A stretch of DNA of 64,000 nucleotides from Ignavibacteriales bacterium (GTDB lineage: Bacteria > Bacteroidota > Ignavibacteria > UBA10030): contig JACPUH010000002.1 in NCBI GenBank assembly GCA_016192345.1, positions 8,875-72,874 on the forward strand, in the 5' to 3' direction. The notes under the pieces were generated by a model. The model saw only the letters and a program-made list of their open reading frames with translations. It was not told the origin of the DNA and ran no database searches. Made by a program: the position numbers and the translations under genes. Shown piece by piece: positions 18,344-28,247 of the stretch (position 1 is the first letter of the stretch; every line of letters starts with the position of its first letter).

Positions 18344-18889
18344 TTACCCGGCTTTCGGGACCGGATGATGGATCTTCTCCCAGTACTCTTTGAATTTGAA
18401 CTCCTTATAGAACGGACTCTTCGCATTGTGGCATGTTTTGCAGAATGCCTCGATCGCGGCTTCATCCTTGAACTCCGTCAATCCTTCCGCAACAGCTTTC
18501 TCCTTGCTCTTCATGACTGTCATGTTGCGATAGGCTGAACCGGCGCCATGGCATGTTTCGCACTGCACGCCGTCTTTGATATCAAAACCCTTGTCGAGCA
18601 GTTTGGCATCTGCAACCGTGGTATGGCACTCAAGGCACTCTTTGGCTCCTGCCGCCGGCCCAGAGATGCCTTTCGCCTTGGCAACCTCATCGGCTTTTGC
18701 AGTTGTCAAAGTCTTGTAGGCACCGGCATGGGCGCTCTTCATCCATATATCCTTTTGCTTACCTTGTTTCTCCGTCTGGTGACACATAAAGCAAGATTTT
18801 GTCCCTACATACTTCTTCTGCGCGCTTGCCACAGTCGGCACGAGTAAGACGATGGCAACTATCAAGCTGGCAGCATTGATTGTCTTCAT
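18344..18889 (-). CDS. Tetraheme cytochrome c554-family periplasmic protein
   Basis: Signal peptide; YVGTKSCFMCH...W..SAH..AY, CLECH, GVQCETCHGAGSAY, CKTCH. Confidence 0.9.
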   Translation of the reverse strand: MKTINAASLIVAIVLLVPTVASAQKKYVGTKSCFMCHQTEKQGKQKDIWMKSAHAGAYKTLTTAKADEVAKAKGISGPAAGAKECLECHTTVADAKLLDKGFDIKDGVQCETCHGAGSAYRNMTVMKSKEKAVAEGLTEFKDEAAIEAFCKTCHNAKSPFYKEFKFKEYWEKIHHPVPKAG

Positions 18890-18954
18890 GAGTATCTCCC
18901 TCTGGTGATTGATGAGTTACGTGTTCGAGCGTATCATTTCTACAAGAACACTTC

Positions 18955-20298
18955 CTATGATGAGGTGGCACCTCTTCCCGGCAAATAGCTGTGAATCCGC
19001 TCTTCCACTTCTCTAAGCCCATGAGTTCGACCCTCTTCAATCTCCCATATCGAGATAAGGGGGAAGAACTTCGAGAACAGCATGAATCCCATGACGAAAG
19101 CTGATATCCCGCCTGCAAAGAGCGCCCATTCGAGGATGGTCGGCACATAAATTCCGGCAGGAAGGTCGAGCCGCGGGTTTGCGAGAGATGGTACGACGAT
19201 AATCAGGCGCTCCAGCCACATCCCGATCACAACGGCGACTGAAGCAATGAACATGCCCTTAATCGTCCGGAGTCTTCGGAAACTGAGTATGATGAGAGGA
19301 AGCACAAAATTGCACAAGACCATTCCCCAGAAGTAGAAGGCAAAAGGCCCTGTAAACTTGTACATAATGATATGCATTTCGTGCGGTTCTGCTCCGAACA
19401 CACCTGTCAGGTATTCTGAAAAAGTGAAATAGAACCAGATGATGGACATGATGAGGAGCAGCGTACTCAAGTACCGAAAATGAATTTCCTTCAAATACTC
19501 TTCAAGGTGGTACGCCCTCCGGAAGGCTATCATGACGATCATCAATGCTGCGATCCCGGAGAAGATTGCGCCCACGACGAAATAGGGGCCGAAGATCGTG
19601 CTGTGCCAGCCTGGCTGAAGCGTCATGGAGAAGATATACGATATCACCGTGTGAACCGAGATCGCGATGGGAATGACCATGATCATCAGAATATTAATTG
19701 CGCGGTTCAACACCCGTTGTTGGTGCTCCGTGCCGGTCCACCCCCATGCCATAATCGAATAAAGCCATGTGAGTTTCCCCCCCCGATCACGAATTCTCGC
19801 GATGTCGGGTATCATGGGCAAATACAAATAGACCGTGCTTGCTGTGAAGTAGGCGGTAATACTCGTAACGTCCCACAAGAGCGGTGATTGTAATCGTCCG
19901 GCAGTGAAGAGATTGAGCATTCTATCGGGCCGCCCGAGGTCAAGGATAGGATGCAACCCGCCGATGGCAAGGACGATGGCTGTAATAACTTCCGCCATGC
20001 GTGTGATGGGGCGCCGCCATTCCGCCTTTGAAAGTCTTAGAATTGCGGAAATCAGCGTGCCCGCATGGCTAATGCCGATGAAAAACACAAAATTGACGAT
20101 GTAGAATCCCCACGTGACCGGCTGATTCATCCCGGTCAGTCCCAGTCCGAACCACACCTGGGTGACATACATGTACAAAGCCCAGAGAAAAATGATCCCG
20201 AGGATTCCAAACGCGACGTAGAACCCCGTGCCTGTCTCGTAGATGGGCCTGAAAAGGGCTTCGTCGCGATCCTGCGCTGCGGTCGGTTTTGTTTTCAT
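18955..20298 (-). CDS. NrfD/PsrC family quinone-site membrane subunit (ActC-like sequence) of the Qrc/ACIII-related complex
   Basis: [58 protein letters not shown]; about 10 TM helices. Confidence 0.9.
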   Translation of the reverse strand: MKTKPTAAQDRDEALFRPIYETGTGFYVAFGILGIIFLWALYMYVTQVWFGLGLTGMNQPVTWGFYIVNFVFFIGISHAGTLISAILRLSKAEWRRPITRMAEVITAIVLAIGGLHPILDLGRPDRMLNLFTAGRLQSPLLWDVTSITAYFTASTVYLYLPMIPDIARIRDRGGKLTWLYSIMAWGWTGTEHQQRVLNRAINILMIMVIPIAISVHTVISYIFSMTLQPGWHSTIFGPYFVVGAIFSGIAALMIVMIAFRRAYHLEEYLKEIHFRYLSTLLLIMSIIWFYFTFSEYLTGVFGAEPHEMHIIMYKFTGPFAFYFWGMVLCNFVLPLIILSFRRLRTIKGMFIASVAVVIGMWLERLIIVVPSLANPRLDLPAGIYVPTILEWALFAGGISAFVMGFMLFSKFFPLISIWEIEEGRTHGLREVEERIHSYLPGRGATSS

Positions 20299-20984
20299 GA
20301 CCCGGTTCTTCTGGCTAAGTAGTATACTTTTGGTTTGACACCGAGATCTTCCCCGTACCGATACACGCGATAGCTGCGGGAGAGACGTGAGACGTCGCTG
20401 TCTCTGTTTTCAATGTCCCCGAAAACGATGGCGTCTGCCGGACAACTCTCCAGGCAGGCAGGAACATATTCCCCGTCACGAATCTGGCGATCTTCGATGT
20501 CCGCATTTTCTTTTACCTTCTGCAATCGGTGCGAACAGAAGGAGCACTTTTCGACTACGCCAACCATCCGTCGGGAAACATCGGGATTACCGACGTCGGA
20601 GGCTCCCTCAATCCATTTGGGGTCGTACCAATTGAACGACTTGGCAGTGAACGGACAGGCGGCCATGCAATAGCGGCAGCCGATGCACCGGTGATAAATC
20701 TGGGCCACAAGTCCCTCCGGATTGCGATACGTTGCACCAACGGGACACACTAGAGTGCAGGGGGGATCATCACAATGAAAGCACGGTTTCGGAACTCGCT
20801 TCACATGGGTGTTGGGATAATCCCCCTCGACTGTCGTCATCATGTCCATCCAAACCATGGCGCGGCCATTCCGGGCCTCTTCCGGATCGACGATGGGGAT
20901 ATTGTTCTCCATTTTGCAGGCCACGCTGCATGCCCCGCAGCCTGTACACTTGTCGAGATCAATCACCATTGCCCACTTTGGCAT
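20295..20984 (-). CDS. 4x[4Fe-4S] subunit (NrfC/PsrB/QrcC-like)
   Basis: CTGCGACSVAC, CFHCDDPPCTLVCP, CIGCRYCMAACP, CSFC...PACLESCP; start MPKWAMVIDLDKC at ATG 20984 with AAAGGAG RBS. Confidence 0.92.
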   Translation of the reverse strand: MPKWAMVIDLDKCTGCGACSVACKMENNIPIVDPEEARNGRAMVWMDMMTTVEGDYPNTHVKRVPKPCFHCDDPPCTLVCPVGATYRNPEGLVAQIYHRCIGCRYCMAACPFTAKSFNWYDPKWIEGASDVGNPDVSRRMVGVVEKCSFCSHRLQKVKENADIEDRQIRDGEYVPACLESCPADAIVFGDIENRDSDVSRLSRSYRVYRYGEDLGVKPKVYYLARRTGS

Positions 20985-21001
20985 ATCAGCACTCCTTTGT
21001 T

Positions 21002-23452
21002 CTAGGCAGCCGGAGAGATTTTGACCTTTGTTGCCTGCAAGGCAGGTTTCCCACTCACCATATCGTACAAATTCTTCATAATCACATTGGGATTCGTGCC
21101 GTGCCCTTTTGCATAGCGGCCCATCGATGTATGTCCAAGCCCGAACGGAACTGCGATGACATTTGGCATGATTCCTTCGGTGGTCTTCGCCCTGGCCCGG
21201 ATGGTGCCCATGGTCGACTGAACCAGGACCCACTGCCCATCAGTAATTCGATACGAGGCCGCGGTTTCCGGATGTATCTCGACCCAACTTTCCCAATGTC
21301 TGTGAATGGCATGCCCAAACATCTCCTGCATCATCGGAAGCGACGCGCCCTGGCCGTCCCTGACAGGCAAAACACGAAACGTGATCAGGTGAAGGGGCAT
21401 ATCAGGGTCATACCGAACGGGCTCGTGATGCGGAAGGAACACATTGTCCCCGCGTGCCGAAATGTTCAATTCGTTAAGGATGCGCTCCCGGTTCTGGGCA
21501 GAGCCGGTTTTCCCTTGTTGTGCGACAAGAGTATCGATGGCTTCTTTGAGCTTCTGCGAAAAGAATTCGAATCTGTTCGAACGCGTTTGAAAAACCTGAT
21601 CCCATCGTTTCTGTTTTCGAATCGGGTTCCACCACCCCCCTTGCTTCACCAGCCGATCCCAGAACTCATCGAACGAATCGTATTGCCCTATCTGCCAGCC
21701 CCGCTGCTGGAGGTATTGAATCCACATCGTGCCAACCCCCTCCGAGACAATAGATCCGGTGCCCGACAGGTACACACCCTTTAAGGCATTTCTTAATTCG
21801 TGTTCATAGGAATCGAACTGAAATGCTCGGGCGACCGATCCACCAATTCTCTTTGCGAGATTCATAAAAACGTCGCCGCTCTGTTTCGTGTCATACAGGG
21901 GAGAGACAACCGGATGCTGGATCCCAACGTGTGTGAATCCTACGGTTCCCACGTTTGATACTTCGTCCCACCGTTCCATGAAGTGATGGTCGGGAAGAAC
22001 GATATGGGCATGTTCGCTCGTTTCATTGAGCAACGTATCCAAGCTGATCACGAGCGGTATTTTCCGAAGCGCGTCCGCCAGTTCGCGGTGATTTGGCGAT
22101 TGGAACAGAGGATTGCCCCCGTACAGAAACAAGACGCTGATCGGATAGGGGGAGCCATCGAGAATGTTCCTGGTAAACGATTCTATCGAGAATTGTGTCA
22201 CTGGAAATGTACTGGCATTCGGCTGACCGATAGGAATCTGACCTAACCCCGCGCGGGCAATCGCATCAATGCCTGCCACTCCGGATTTCGTGAATGGCGG
22301 ATCATCGACAAAAAAGAGCCCGCCTTTCTTTTCAAAATTACCCAGTAGAGCGTTCAGACTGTGCACCGCCATTGCGGCAAACGTACCGTTCGTATTATCG
22401 ACTGTTCCCTGGTCACCCATGACAAGTGCCGGGCCGGTATTGCCCAGTTCACGGCCAAGTCGAAGGATGGTCGAGCTGGGAACACCCGTCAGCTCTTCAA
22501 CTTTTTCCGGATAGTAGTTTCCGAGAACCATGTTTTTGAAACCAACTTGTCTCGTTCCGGAGCTGTCAACGCGATCTTCGAAGCCGAACGAATGGTCGCG
22601 GACAAATCCCTTGTCATACAATTCTTCACGAATAAGAATATACGCAAGGCCGAGCGCCAGAGCTCCGTACGTTCCGGGCCGGATCGGGATCCATTGATCA
22701 GCATTTCCTGCCGTGAGGCTCAACCGGGATTCAATCTGCACGTAACGCGTCCGCTGTTCTTCGTGGTGACTGTACAACTTCGTGTAGTAGATCGGGGAAT
22801 ATCCTTCTTCGAGAAAATTCGCTCCAAAGCTCACGACGAGCCGCGCGTTGAGGATGTCATAGGCCGGGACGGTGGAGTGTCCGTGAAGGAGCGAGTAGGG
22901 GACGGTGTTGTTTTGGGCAGAGGAGAATTGATAATAATTCGGTGAGCCATACACCTGCATAAAGCGGCGGATGTGTTCCTTCATGAGACCGTTCTCTTCG
23001 TTACCCAGGAATGCCACCTCATGCGCTTTCCCCGCGTTGCGAAGATCCAGCAATCGGTCTTTGACCATCGTGAGGGCCTCATCCCAGCTCATGGAATCCC
23101 ATTTCCCGCTGCCGATTGCCCCGGTTCGCTTCATCGGCCCTTTGAGGCGGTCCGGATGATAGAGAGAATGCAGAGCGTTAAGGCCTAACGGGCACAAGCC
23201 ACCCCTATTGACCGGGTAGACCGGATTGCCTTTTATCGAAACCGGAATTCCGTCGATAAGACGAACACGGAGACCGCAGCCTGCCGGGCACAGACCGCAA
23301 ATGGTGTTTTGCCACGTTTCGATCTTTGGTCCGTTCTTCGCCCTCTCCAGCAATTCCTCTGGGACAGCGATGACGTCATCCAGGTTGCCGAACAAGACTG
23401 CTCCGGAAACACCGCCGAAGAATTTTAAAAAATCACGCCGCTTGATTTCCAT
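21002..23452 (-). CDS. Tat-exported molybdopterin-oxidoreductase-fold subunit (QrcB/ActB1-like)
   Basis: RRDFLK Tat motif; CGLCPAGC...GGLCPLG FS0 motif; molydopterin-binding C-terminal domain (WVEIHPETAA...GLGH); no Cys seen near the expected Mo-ligand segment. Confidence 0.85.
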   Translation of the reverse strand: MEIKRRDFLKFFGGVSGAVLFGNLDDVIAVPEELLERAKNGPKIETWQNTICGLCPAGCGLRVRLIDGIPVSIKGNPVYPVNRGGLCPLGLNALHSLYHPDRLKGPMKRTGAIGSGKWDSMSWDEALTMVKDRLLDLRNAGKAHEVAFLGNEENGLMKEHIRRFMQVYGSPNYYQFSSAQNNTVPYSLLHGHSTVPAYDILNARLVVSFGANFLEEGYSPIYYTKLYSHHEEQRTRYVQIESRLSLTAGNADQWIPIRPGTYGALALGLAYILIREELYDKGFVRDHSFGFEDRVDSSGTRQVGFKNMVLGNYYPEKVEELTGVPSSTILRLGRELGNTGPALVMGDQGTVDNTNGTFAAMAVHSLNALLGNFEKKGGLFFVDDPPFTKSGVAGIDAIARAGLGQIPIGQPNASTFPVTQFSIESFTRNILDGSPYPISVLFLYGGNPLFQSPNHRELADALRKIPLVISLDTLLNETSEHAHIVLPDHHFMERWDEVSNVGTVGFTHVGIQHPVVSPLYDTKQSGDVFMNLAKRIGGSVARAFQFDSYEHELRNALKGVYLSGTGSIVSEGVGTMWIQYLQQRGWQIGQYDSFDEFWDRLVKQGGWWNPIRKQKRWDQVFQTRSNRFEFFSQKLKEAIDTLVAQQGKTGSAQNRERILNELNISARGDNVFLPHHEPVRYDPDMPLHLITFRVLPVRDGQGASLPMMQEMFGHAIHRHWESWVEIHPETAASYRITDGQWVLVQSTMGTIRARAKTTEGIMPNVIAVPFGLGHTSMGRYAKGHGTNPNVIMKNLYDMVSGKPALQATKVKISPAA

Positions 23453-23467
23453 AGCAACTCCGGTGTA

Positions 23468-23995
23468 TCATCGGTGGCAGGTGAGACAGTCGTTGGAAAC
23501 GTTGTTCTCGCGATGGCACTGCATGCAATTCTCCATCGTGATGGGAAGAAACTGGGAAGCAACGGGTTCGGTGAATCCGGATACATCGCCATGGCACGCC
23601 TTGCACTCGAGCCCTGCCTTGGTGACGTGACGCCGGTGGGAAAAATAGACATGGTCGGGCACATGATACACGCGCTGCCAGAGAATCAACTCCTCCTTCT
23701 TTACGAACTCGAGCAGTTTCACCTCTTCAGCCGACTGCGAGAGTGGTTGATCCGAGTGGCAGGTGCTGCAGACTTCGAGACTTGGAATCGAGGCGCTGGA
23801 AGAGGTCAGAACGGATGCGTGACAGTCGGTGCAGGTCATGCCGGCCGTTTCCATGTGAGCTTTGTGACTATAACGGATGGGCTGGGTTACGATGTCTCCT
23901 GAAGTTGAGGCAAGATAGACAACGACGACAATGAGTATACCAGCGGCAGCGCCGGCGCGTACCGTCCATTTCACAAAGGGTGTCATACTCTTCAT
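23468..23995 (-). CDS. Membrane-anchored pentaheme cytochrome c (QrcA/ActA-like)
   Basis: N-terminal TM; QPIRYSHKAH, CTDCH, CSTCH, PDHVYFSHRRH, CKACH, MENCMQCH, CLTCH. Confidence 0.9.
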   Translation of the reverse strand: MKSMTPFVKWTVRAGAAAGILIVVVVYLASTSGDIVTQPIRYSHKAHMETAGMTCTDCHASVLTSSSASIPSLEVCSTCHSDQPLSQSAEEVKLLEFVKKEELILWQRVYHVPDHVYFSHRRHVTKAGLECKACHGDVSGFTEPVASQFLPITMENCMQCHRENNVSNDCLTCHR

Positions 23996-24031
23996 GAGGC
24001 TGCCTCAGGTTGAGGGTTCGGACAAATGACG

Positions 24032-25189
24032 TTAGTTCTTTGAGACCTTCCGGAGATAGCTGTAAAGATCTCGCATCTCGGTGAGTGAAAGTTCCGGCCA
24101 TCGCTTGTTTTGCGTGACAAGCATATCTTCCATGTCACCGGCATGATTCCACATAAGTTGGATCATGCGAACGGGAGTGTTCATTTTCTTTACAGATCGA
24201 AGATCCGGTCCTTTGCCCTGACCGCCCCCATGGCAGCTGACACACCCTTTCTCGTTGAACGTGACTTTTCCCCGCTCGGAATTCCCTTCTTTATCTTCAA
24301 ATCCCAGGAAATACACATAGGCGATGATATCCGCCATTTCGTTTTTGTCGAACCGCGGCCATTCGATAGACTCTTTTTGCATATGCTGGAGCATCAACTG
24401 TCCATGATTCCACATCGCGCTCGCCACCTCCGTCACGCCTTTCTTCAGATCGATCTTCACAAGACCTGCTTCTATTCGCTTCCGCTTCCCCTCACCGACG
24501 TGACAGGTGGAGCATCGCTTTTCGTCGAAGAGTTCTCGTCCCCTCTTCGGGTTGCCGACCGAGAGCCGGACCTCTACGTCCGCCGTACTTGCCTGGCGCA
24601 AATACGCCGCAATGTCGACGACATCTCGACCGCTCAGCATCGGATATTTCATTTTGCCTTTTGTGATCTGCTCTTGCATCGCTGGTCCATGGTTCCACAT
24701 AGCCTGTACCAAATAGAGTGGAGCAGAATAACGCTGAATCGTTTTGAAATCAGGACCAGTAGTTCCGCCTTGGCCCCCGACAGCATGGCACGCGATGCAA
24801 CCTTTTGAGTTCAGTACGCTCCTTCCGTTTGCAACGCTGCCCGGTTCTCCCAAATATCGGAGATAGTACAGGAAGCCGAGAAGATCGAGCATTTCACCCT
24901 CGGTGAGCTGAGGACGATCCATGCGGAGCAGCCGGAATTTCCTGTTCATTTGCGGTGCGTGATTCCAAATGACGGACGCTAATTCCAGGGCGCTTCCAAA
25001 ATACTGATCACGGCTTAAGTCGGGCCCCGCTGTTCCTCCGTACCCGCCGATCATATGACATGCGATGCATTTCTTCTCTTCAAAGACAATCCGTCCGTTC
25101 AGAGGATCAGTTGGCAATTCAATTTCCTGGGCTTGAAGAGTCCCGGCAAGGAGGATGACGGACAGTGCGATTAGCTCTCGAATGCGCAT
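24032..25189 (-). CDS. Periplasmic cytochrome c with four class I monoheme domains
   Basis: Signal peptide MRIRELIALSVILLAGTLQA; four G..(F/L)..K.CxxCH units (CIACH, CIACH, CSTCH, CVSCH), each followed by WNHx(3)M. Confidence 0.88.
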   Translation of the reverse strand: MRIRELIALSVILLAGTLQAQEIELPTDPLNGRIVFEEKKCIACHMIGGYGGTAGPDLSRDQYFGSALELASVIWNHAPQMNRKFRLLRMDRPQLTEGEMLDLLGFLYYLRYLGEPGSVANGRSVLNSKGCIACHAVGGQGGTTGPDFKTIQRYSAPLYLVQAMWNHGPAMQEQITKGKMKYPMLSGRDVVDIAAYLRQASTADVEVRLSVGNPKRGRELFDEKRCSTCHVGEGKRKRIEAGLVKIDLKKGVTEVASAMWNHGQLMLQHMQKESIEWPRFDKNEMADIIAYVYFLGFEDKEGNSERGKVTFNEKGCVSCHGGGQGKGPDLRSVKKMNTPVRMIQLMWNHAGDMEDMLVTQNKRWPELSLTEMRDLYSYLRKVSKN

Positions 25190-25220
25190 ATCACTTCTCC
25201 TCTGTCTTTGATGTGGATGA

Positions 25221-25469
25221 CTATGTCTTCTTGTGCAATCCGACAAAAACAAATGTTAGGATGGAAGCGAGGGTGATGAAGATGGGAATTGCGACAATAC
25301 TGATTGCCACGGATGCCCCAGGAGCATCGTTGAGGTCAACGGCAAGCAGGATGAGGTTGATAATCCAAAGGGTGATTGCTACCACAAAGACCCAGATAAA
25401 GAGAACGCTGAAAATCTGGGCTACGAGAATGGCTTTCTCCGCGATCGAGCTTGGCTGGTCGTTGCTCAT
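25221..25469 (-). CDS. Small two-TM membrane protein, first gene of the Qrc/ACIII-related operon
   Basis: 82 aa, two hydrophobic helices, AGGAGG upstream, directly after a sigma54 element. Confidence 0.65.
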   Translation of the reverse strand: MSNDQPSSIAEKAILVAQIFSVLFIWVFVVAITLWIINLILLAVDLNDAPGASVAISIVAIPIFITLASILTFVFVGLHKKT

Positions 25470-25505
25470 AACACCATAGTCCTCCTACGAGTGTTCCAGG
25501 AAGTG

Positions 25506-25522
25506 CGCAAGAAGCGTGCCAA
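25506..25522 (-). promoter_or_regulatory. Sigma54 -24/-12 promoter of the Qrc/ACIII-related operon
   Basis: Minus strand TTGGCAC-GCTTC-TTGCG, near-perfect consensus, 38 nt before ATG 25469. Confidence 0.85.
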
Positions 25523-25585
25523 TTTGACCGACTTACGATGAAGGCAGAATCAGTGTCAGATGAAGGCTTAATGCAGAAACTGACC

Positions 25586-25680
25586 TTCTGAGAATCACCT
25601 CAACGACGGCTTTCCCAGCTTTGCGAACCACCTTGATAATGATTCTCAGAAATTGGGAGTTTTGGGAAACGATGATTCTC
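25586..25680. promoter_or_regulatory. Repeated TGATTCTC(A) sites: candidate enhancer (bEBP UAS) or Fur-type boxes
   Basis: 12-bp inverted pair TTCTGAGAATCA (25586-25597)/TGATTCTCAGAA (25640-25651) and a third TGATTCTC at 25673-25680. Confidence 0.45.
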
Positions 25681-25695
25681 CTGAAATGTCACGGT

Positions 25696-27180
25696 CTAGC
25701 GATTCTGCACCTGTTCTTTTTCGATGCGTCGGATCGAGATATAGAGCGCGAAGGCGAGAATTGTGATAATCAGGGACGCAATGAAAAGCCCCCATCGGCG
25801 GAAATAGTACTGGTCAATTGCTTCGCTTGCTTCTGTGGAGACCTTCGCGGCGGATCCAAAACCGCGGGTGGCAACTTCCGAAAACTGATCAAGATCGAAT
25901 GAATGGACCTTTGTGCGAGTTTCCAGACGGGCTTGCCGAATTTCCCGCAACTTGAACTTTGCTTCTCCCACTTCCATCCCTTTTTGCTCCGCCTCGTCCA
26001 CTAGCATGATGGCGTTTTCTTCACTGACGATAAGGCTGTCCGCAAGTGAGCGCATCGTTCGGGCTATTTGATATCCCTTGATGTTGCTATTCTCTTTATG
26101 ACACCATGCACACACGGCTCCCTCCCCAACTCCAAGAAGCTCATCCTTGGCGGCGACGATCTCGTGGTTCCCGTGGCATGTTTCGCACTCGGGCAGTTTT
26201 CGGGAATCAAATGCCTTCTTATGAGGGCTGGAAGAAAAGAGTTCTGCATTCAAAGCGTGACATGTCCCGCATACCTTGGAAACTGATTCCACGCCCGGGG
26301 GCGCGGCACCATGATTGCCGTGACAATCATTGCACGCTGGCGCTCCAAGGTCCTTTTTCTCGAGGAGCGCCTGGCCATGCACGCTCCTGGCGAATTGTTC
26401 GAATTGGTCCGAAGCTATGCCATACGGTCTCATATAGGTCGCGTCGGAATGGCACTTGGCACATGTGGCGGGAAGTTTCGTCGGATGAACCTGAGACCTG
26501 GGATCTTTTGCCGAGAGAATCTCATGACTGCCGTGACAGCTGGCACACTCTGCTGTCTTAGGGTCCCCGTTTTTATTTCGCTTGCCGTGAACGCTCGTTT
26601 TGTATTTTTCAAGCTGATCAACCGGGAGGCTCGGATTATAGGTCCGCATGAAGGTCGCGTCAGAATGGCACTTCGCGCACGTAGCGGGAAGGTTCAAAGG
26701 ATGAACGGGGGAAGATCGATTTGTTTTTGTCACGATTCCGTGAGCTCCGTGACAGGAGGTGCACTGTGCAATGTGCTCTCTCCCTGAAGTAGAGAGCTTT
26801 CCGTGGACGCTTCCTCCCACAAGCTCCATCTGGTCCAAAGGAATAGCGGAATTGTACTTCTTGACCATCACTCCCGCGTCCGAATGGCATTTTGCGCATG
26901 CGACAGAAATTCGGTCTCCCTTCGGAACGCCGATGAATCCCGCCGCCGTTCCCATCGCTTTCTCCATGTCGTCGGTGTGTGAATCGCCTCCATGGCAGGA
27001 AGCGCACGTAAGCCCGTTCCGGAAATGAATATCGCCTTTGAACGCGGTCGATGCATTGTCCTCCAGCGTGGAGTGACATGTAAGACACTGGTCCTGAGCC
27101 TGGGCGGTCCCAAAGGCCGTTGGAAGGGCGAGCACACTGCAAAGCACTATGGCAAGAGCATTGTTGTTCACGAGAGCCAT
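25696..27180 (-). CDS. 11-heme cytochrome c with C-terminal membrane anchor, partner of the Rieske/cytochrome b pair
   Basis: Signal peptide, 11 CxxCH, repeated SVHG...C..CHG.H modules, helical stalk, C-terminal TM; start overlaps the cytochrome b stop by 13 nt. Confidence 0.9.
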   Translation of the reverse strand: MALVNNNALAIVLCSVLALPTAFGTAQAQDQCLTCHSTLEDNASTAFKGDIHFRNGLTCASCHGGDSHTDDMEKAMGTAAGFIGVPKGDRISVACAKCHSDAGVMVKKYNSAIPLDQMELVGGSVHGKLSTSGREHIAQCTSCHGAHGIVTKTNRSSPVHPLNLPATCAKCHSDATFMRTYNPSLPVDQLEKYKTSVHGKRNKNGDPKTAECASCHGSHEILSAKDPRSQVHPTKLPATCAKCHSDATYMRPYGIASDQFEQFARSVHGQALLEKKDLGAPACNDCHGNHGAAPPGVESVSKVCGTCHALNAELFSSSPHKKAFDSRKLPECETCHGNHEIVAAKDELLGVGEGAVCAWCHKENSNIKGYQIARTMRSLADSLIVSEENAIMLVDEAEQKGMEVGEAKFKLREIRQARLETRTKVHSFDLDQFSEVATRGFGSAAKVSTEASEAIDQYYFRRWGLFIASLIITILAFALYISIRRIEKEQVQNR

Positions 27181-28247
27181 CCGATCGTGGTAAGGATGAT
27201 GATGTAGATCAGCGCAAAGAGCCCAATATAGTTGATGAACCGGTTCTCTTCCCCTCTCGAACTCTTCTTATCCCAGAACGGTATAAACATCCAGACAACA
27301 CCTGCGAGGCTGAAAAGCAGGATGCCGACAACTTCCCCCTCCAGGAACCAAAGTTCACCCGGAATGTACTTGAGAGTCTGGAACATGAACATAAAGTACC
27401 ACTCCGGCTTGATCCCGGCGGGGGCGGGAGCAAAGGGATCCGCCTTAACGCCAAGTTCCCAGGGGAAAAAGACGGCCAGGATGGCAAGGAGGTTGAGCAC
27501 GAGAAGCCACAGCAACAGATCGCGCAGCATGAAATTCGGGAAGAACGGCATCGTCTTCTGATCGGTGACCGGCAACCGTTCATACGATAAGGGTTTGCTC
27601 ATCCCTTGACGCTGGACAAGGAGAAGATGGAGGCCCAACACCACGGTAAAAATGCCGGGAAGCACGGCGACATGGAATCCGAAGAACCGGGAAAGGGTCG
27701 CGCCCGTCACGTCCTCTCCACCGCGCAGAAATACCATGATCGGTTCTCCGACAATGGGCAGGACCCCTGCGATGTCGGTCCCGACTTTGGTTGCGAAGAA
27801 CGACACCTCGTTCCACGGCAAGAGATAGCCGCTGAATCCGAAGCCCATACCGAGGAACAGCAGGATCATGCCGCTCAGCCACGTCAATTCGCGCGGCTTC
27901 CGGTACGCTTTTTCGAACAGCACACTGAACATGTGGATGAACGCTGAGAGGATGAACAAATTTGCCGCCCAGCTATGGATGGATCGGATGAGCCAGCCGA
28001 ACTCCACTTTCGCCATGATGAACTGAATGCTCTCAAACGCAAGCTCCTCACTCCCTTTGTAGTAGAGGAGAAGGAGGATGCCGGTGACAACCTGAATGAT
28101 GAAGAGGAAGAGGGAAACCCCGCCGAAGTAATACCAGACTGAGTGGCTGTGTACCGGCACGCTCTTCTTCTCCAGGAAGTGCATCACATCGCTTAACTGG
28201 ACGCGCTCGTCAATCCAGGTGAAGGTTCGGTTCCAGAGTGTCTTCAT
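27168..28247 (-). CDS. Cytochrome b of a Rieske/cytochrome b complex (b6 and subunit IV fused)
   Basis: YYFGG...[15 protein letters not shown]...[23 protein letters not shown]...LHLLLV (four heme b His), Qo motif PEWY. Confidence 0.95.
   Translation of the reverse strand: MKTLWNRTFTWIDERVQLSDVMHFLEKKSVPVHSHSVWYYFGGVSLFLFIIQVVTGILLLLYYKGSEELAFESIQFIMAKVEFGWLIRSIHSWAANLFILSAFIHMFSVLFEKAYRKPRELTWLSGMILLFLGMGFGFSGYLLPWNEVSFFATKVGTDIAGVLPIVGEPIMVFLRGGEDVTGATLSRFFGFHVAVLPGIFTVVLGLHLLLVQRQGMSKPLSYERLPVTDQKTMPFFPNFMLRDLLLWLLVLNLLAILAVFFPWELGVKADPFAPAPAGIKPEWYFMFMFQTLKYIPGELWFLEGEVVGILLFSLAGVVWMFIPFWDKKSSRGEENRFINYIGLFALIYIIILTTIGWLS

Noticed and set aside
21002-23452. Polysulfide/thiosulfate/tetrathionate reductase catalytic subunit
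   Set aside because: No Cys seen at the expected Mo-ligand segment, and an upstream pentaheme gives Qrc/ACIII architecture; a strict qrcB symbol is also withheld because the membrane subunit is ActC-like.
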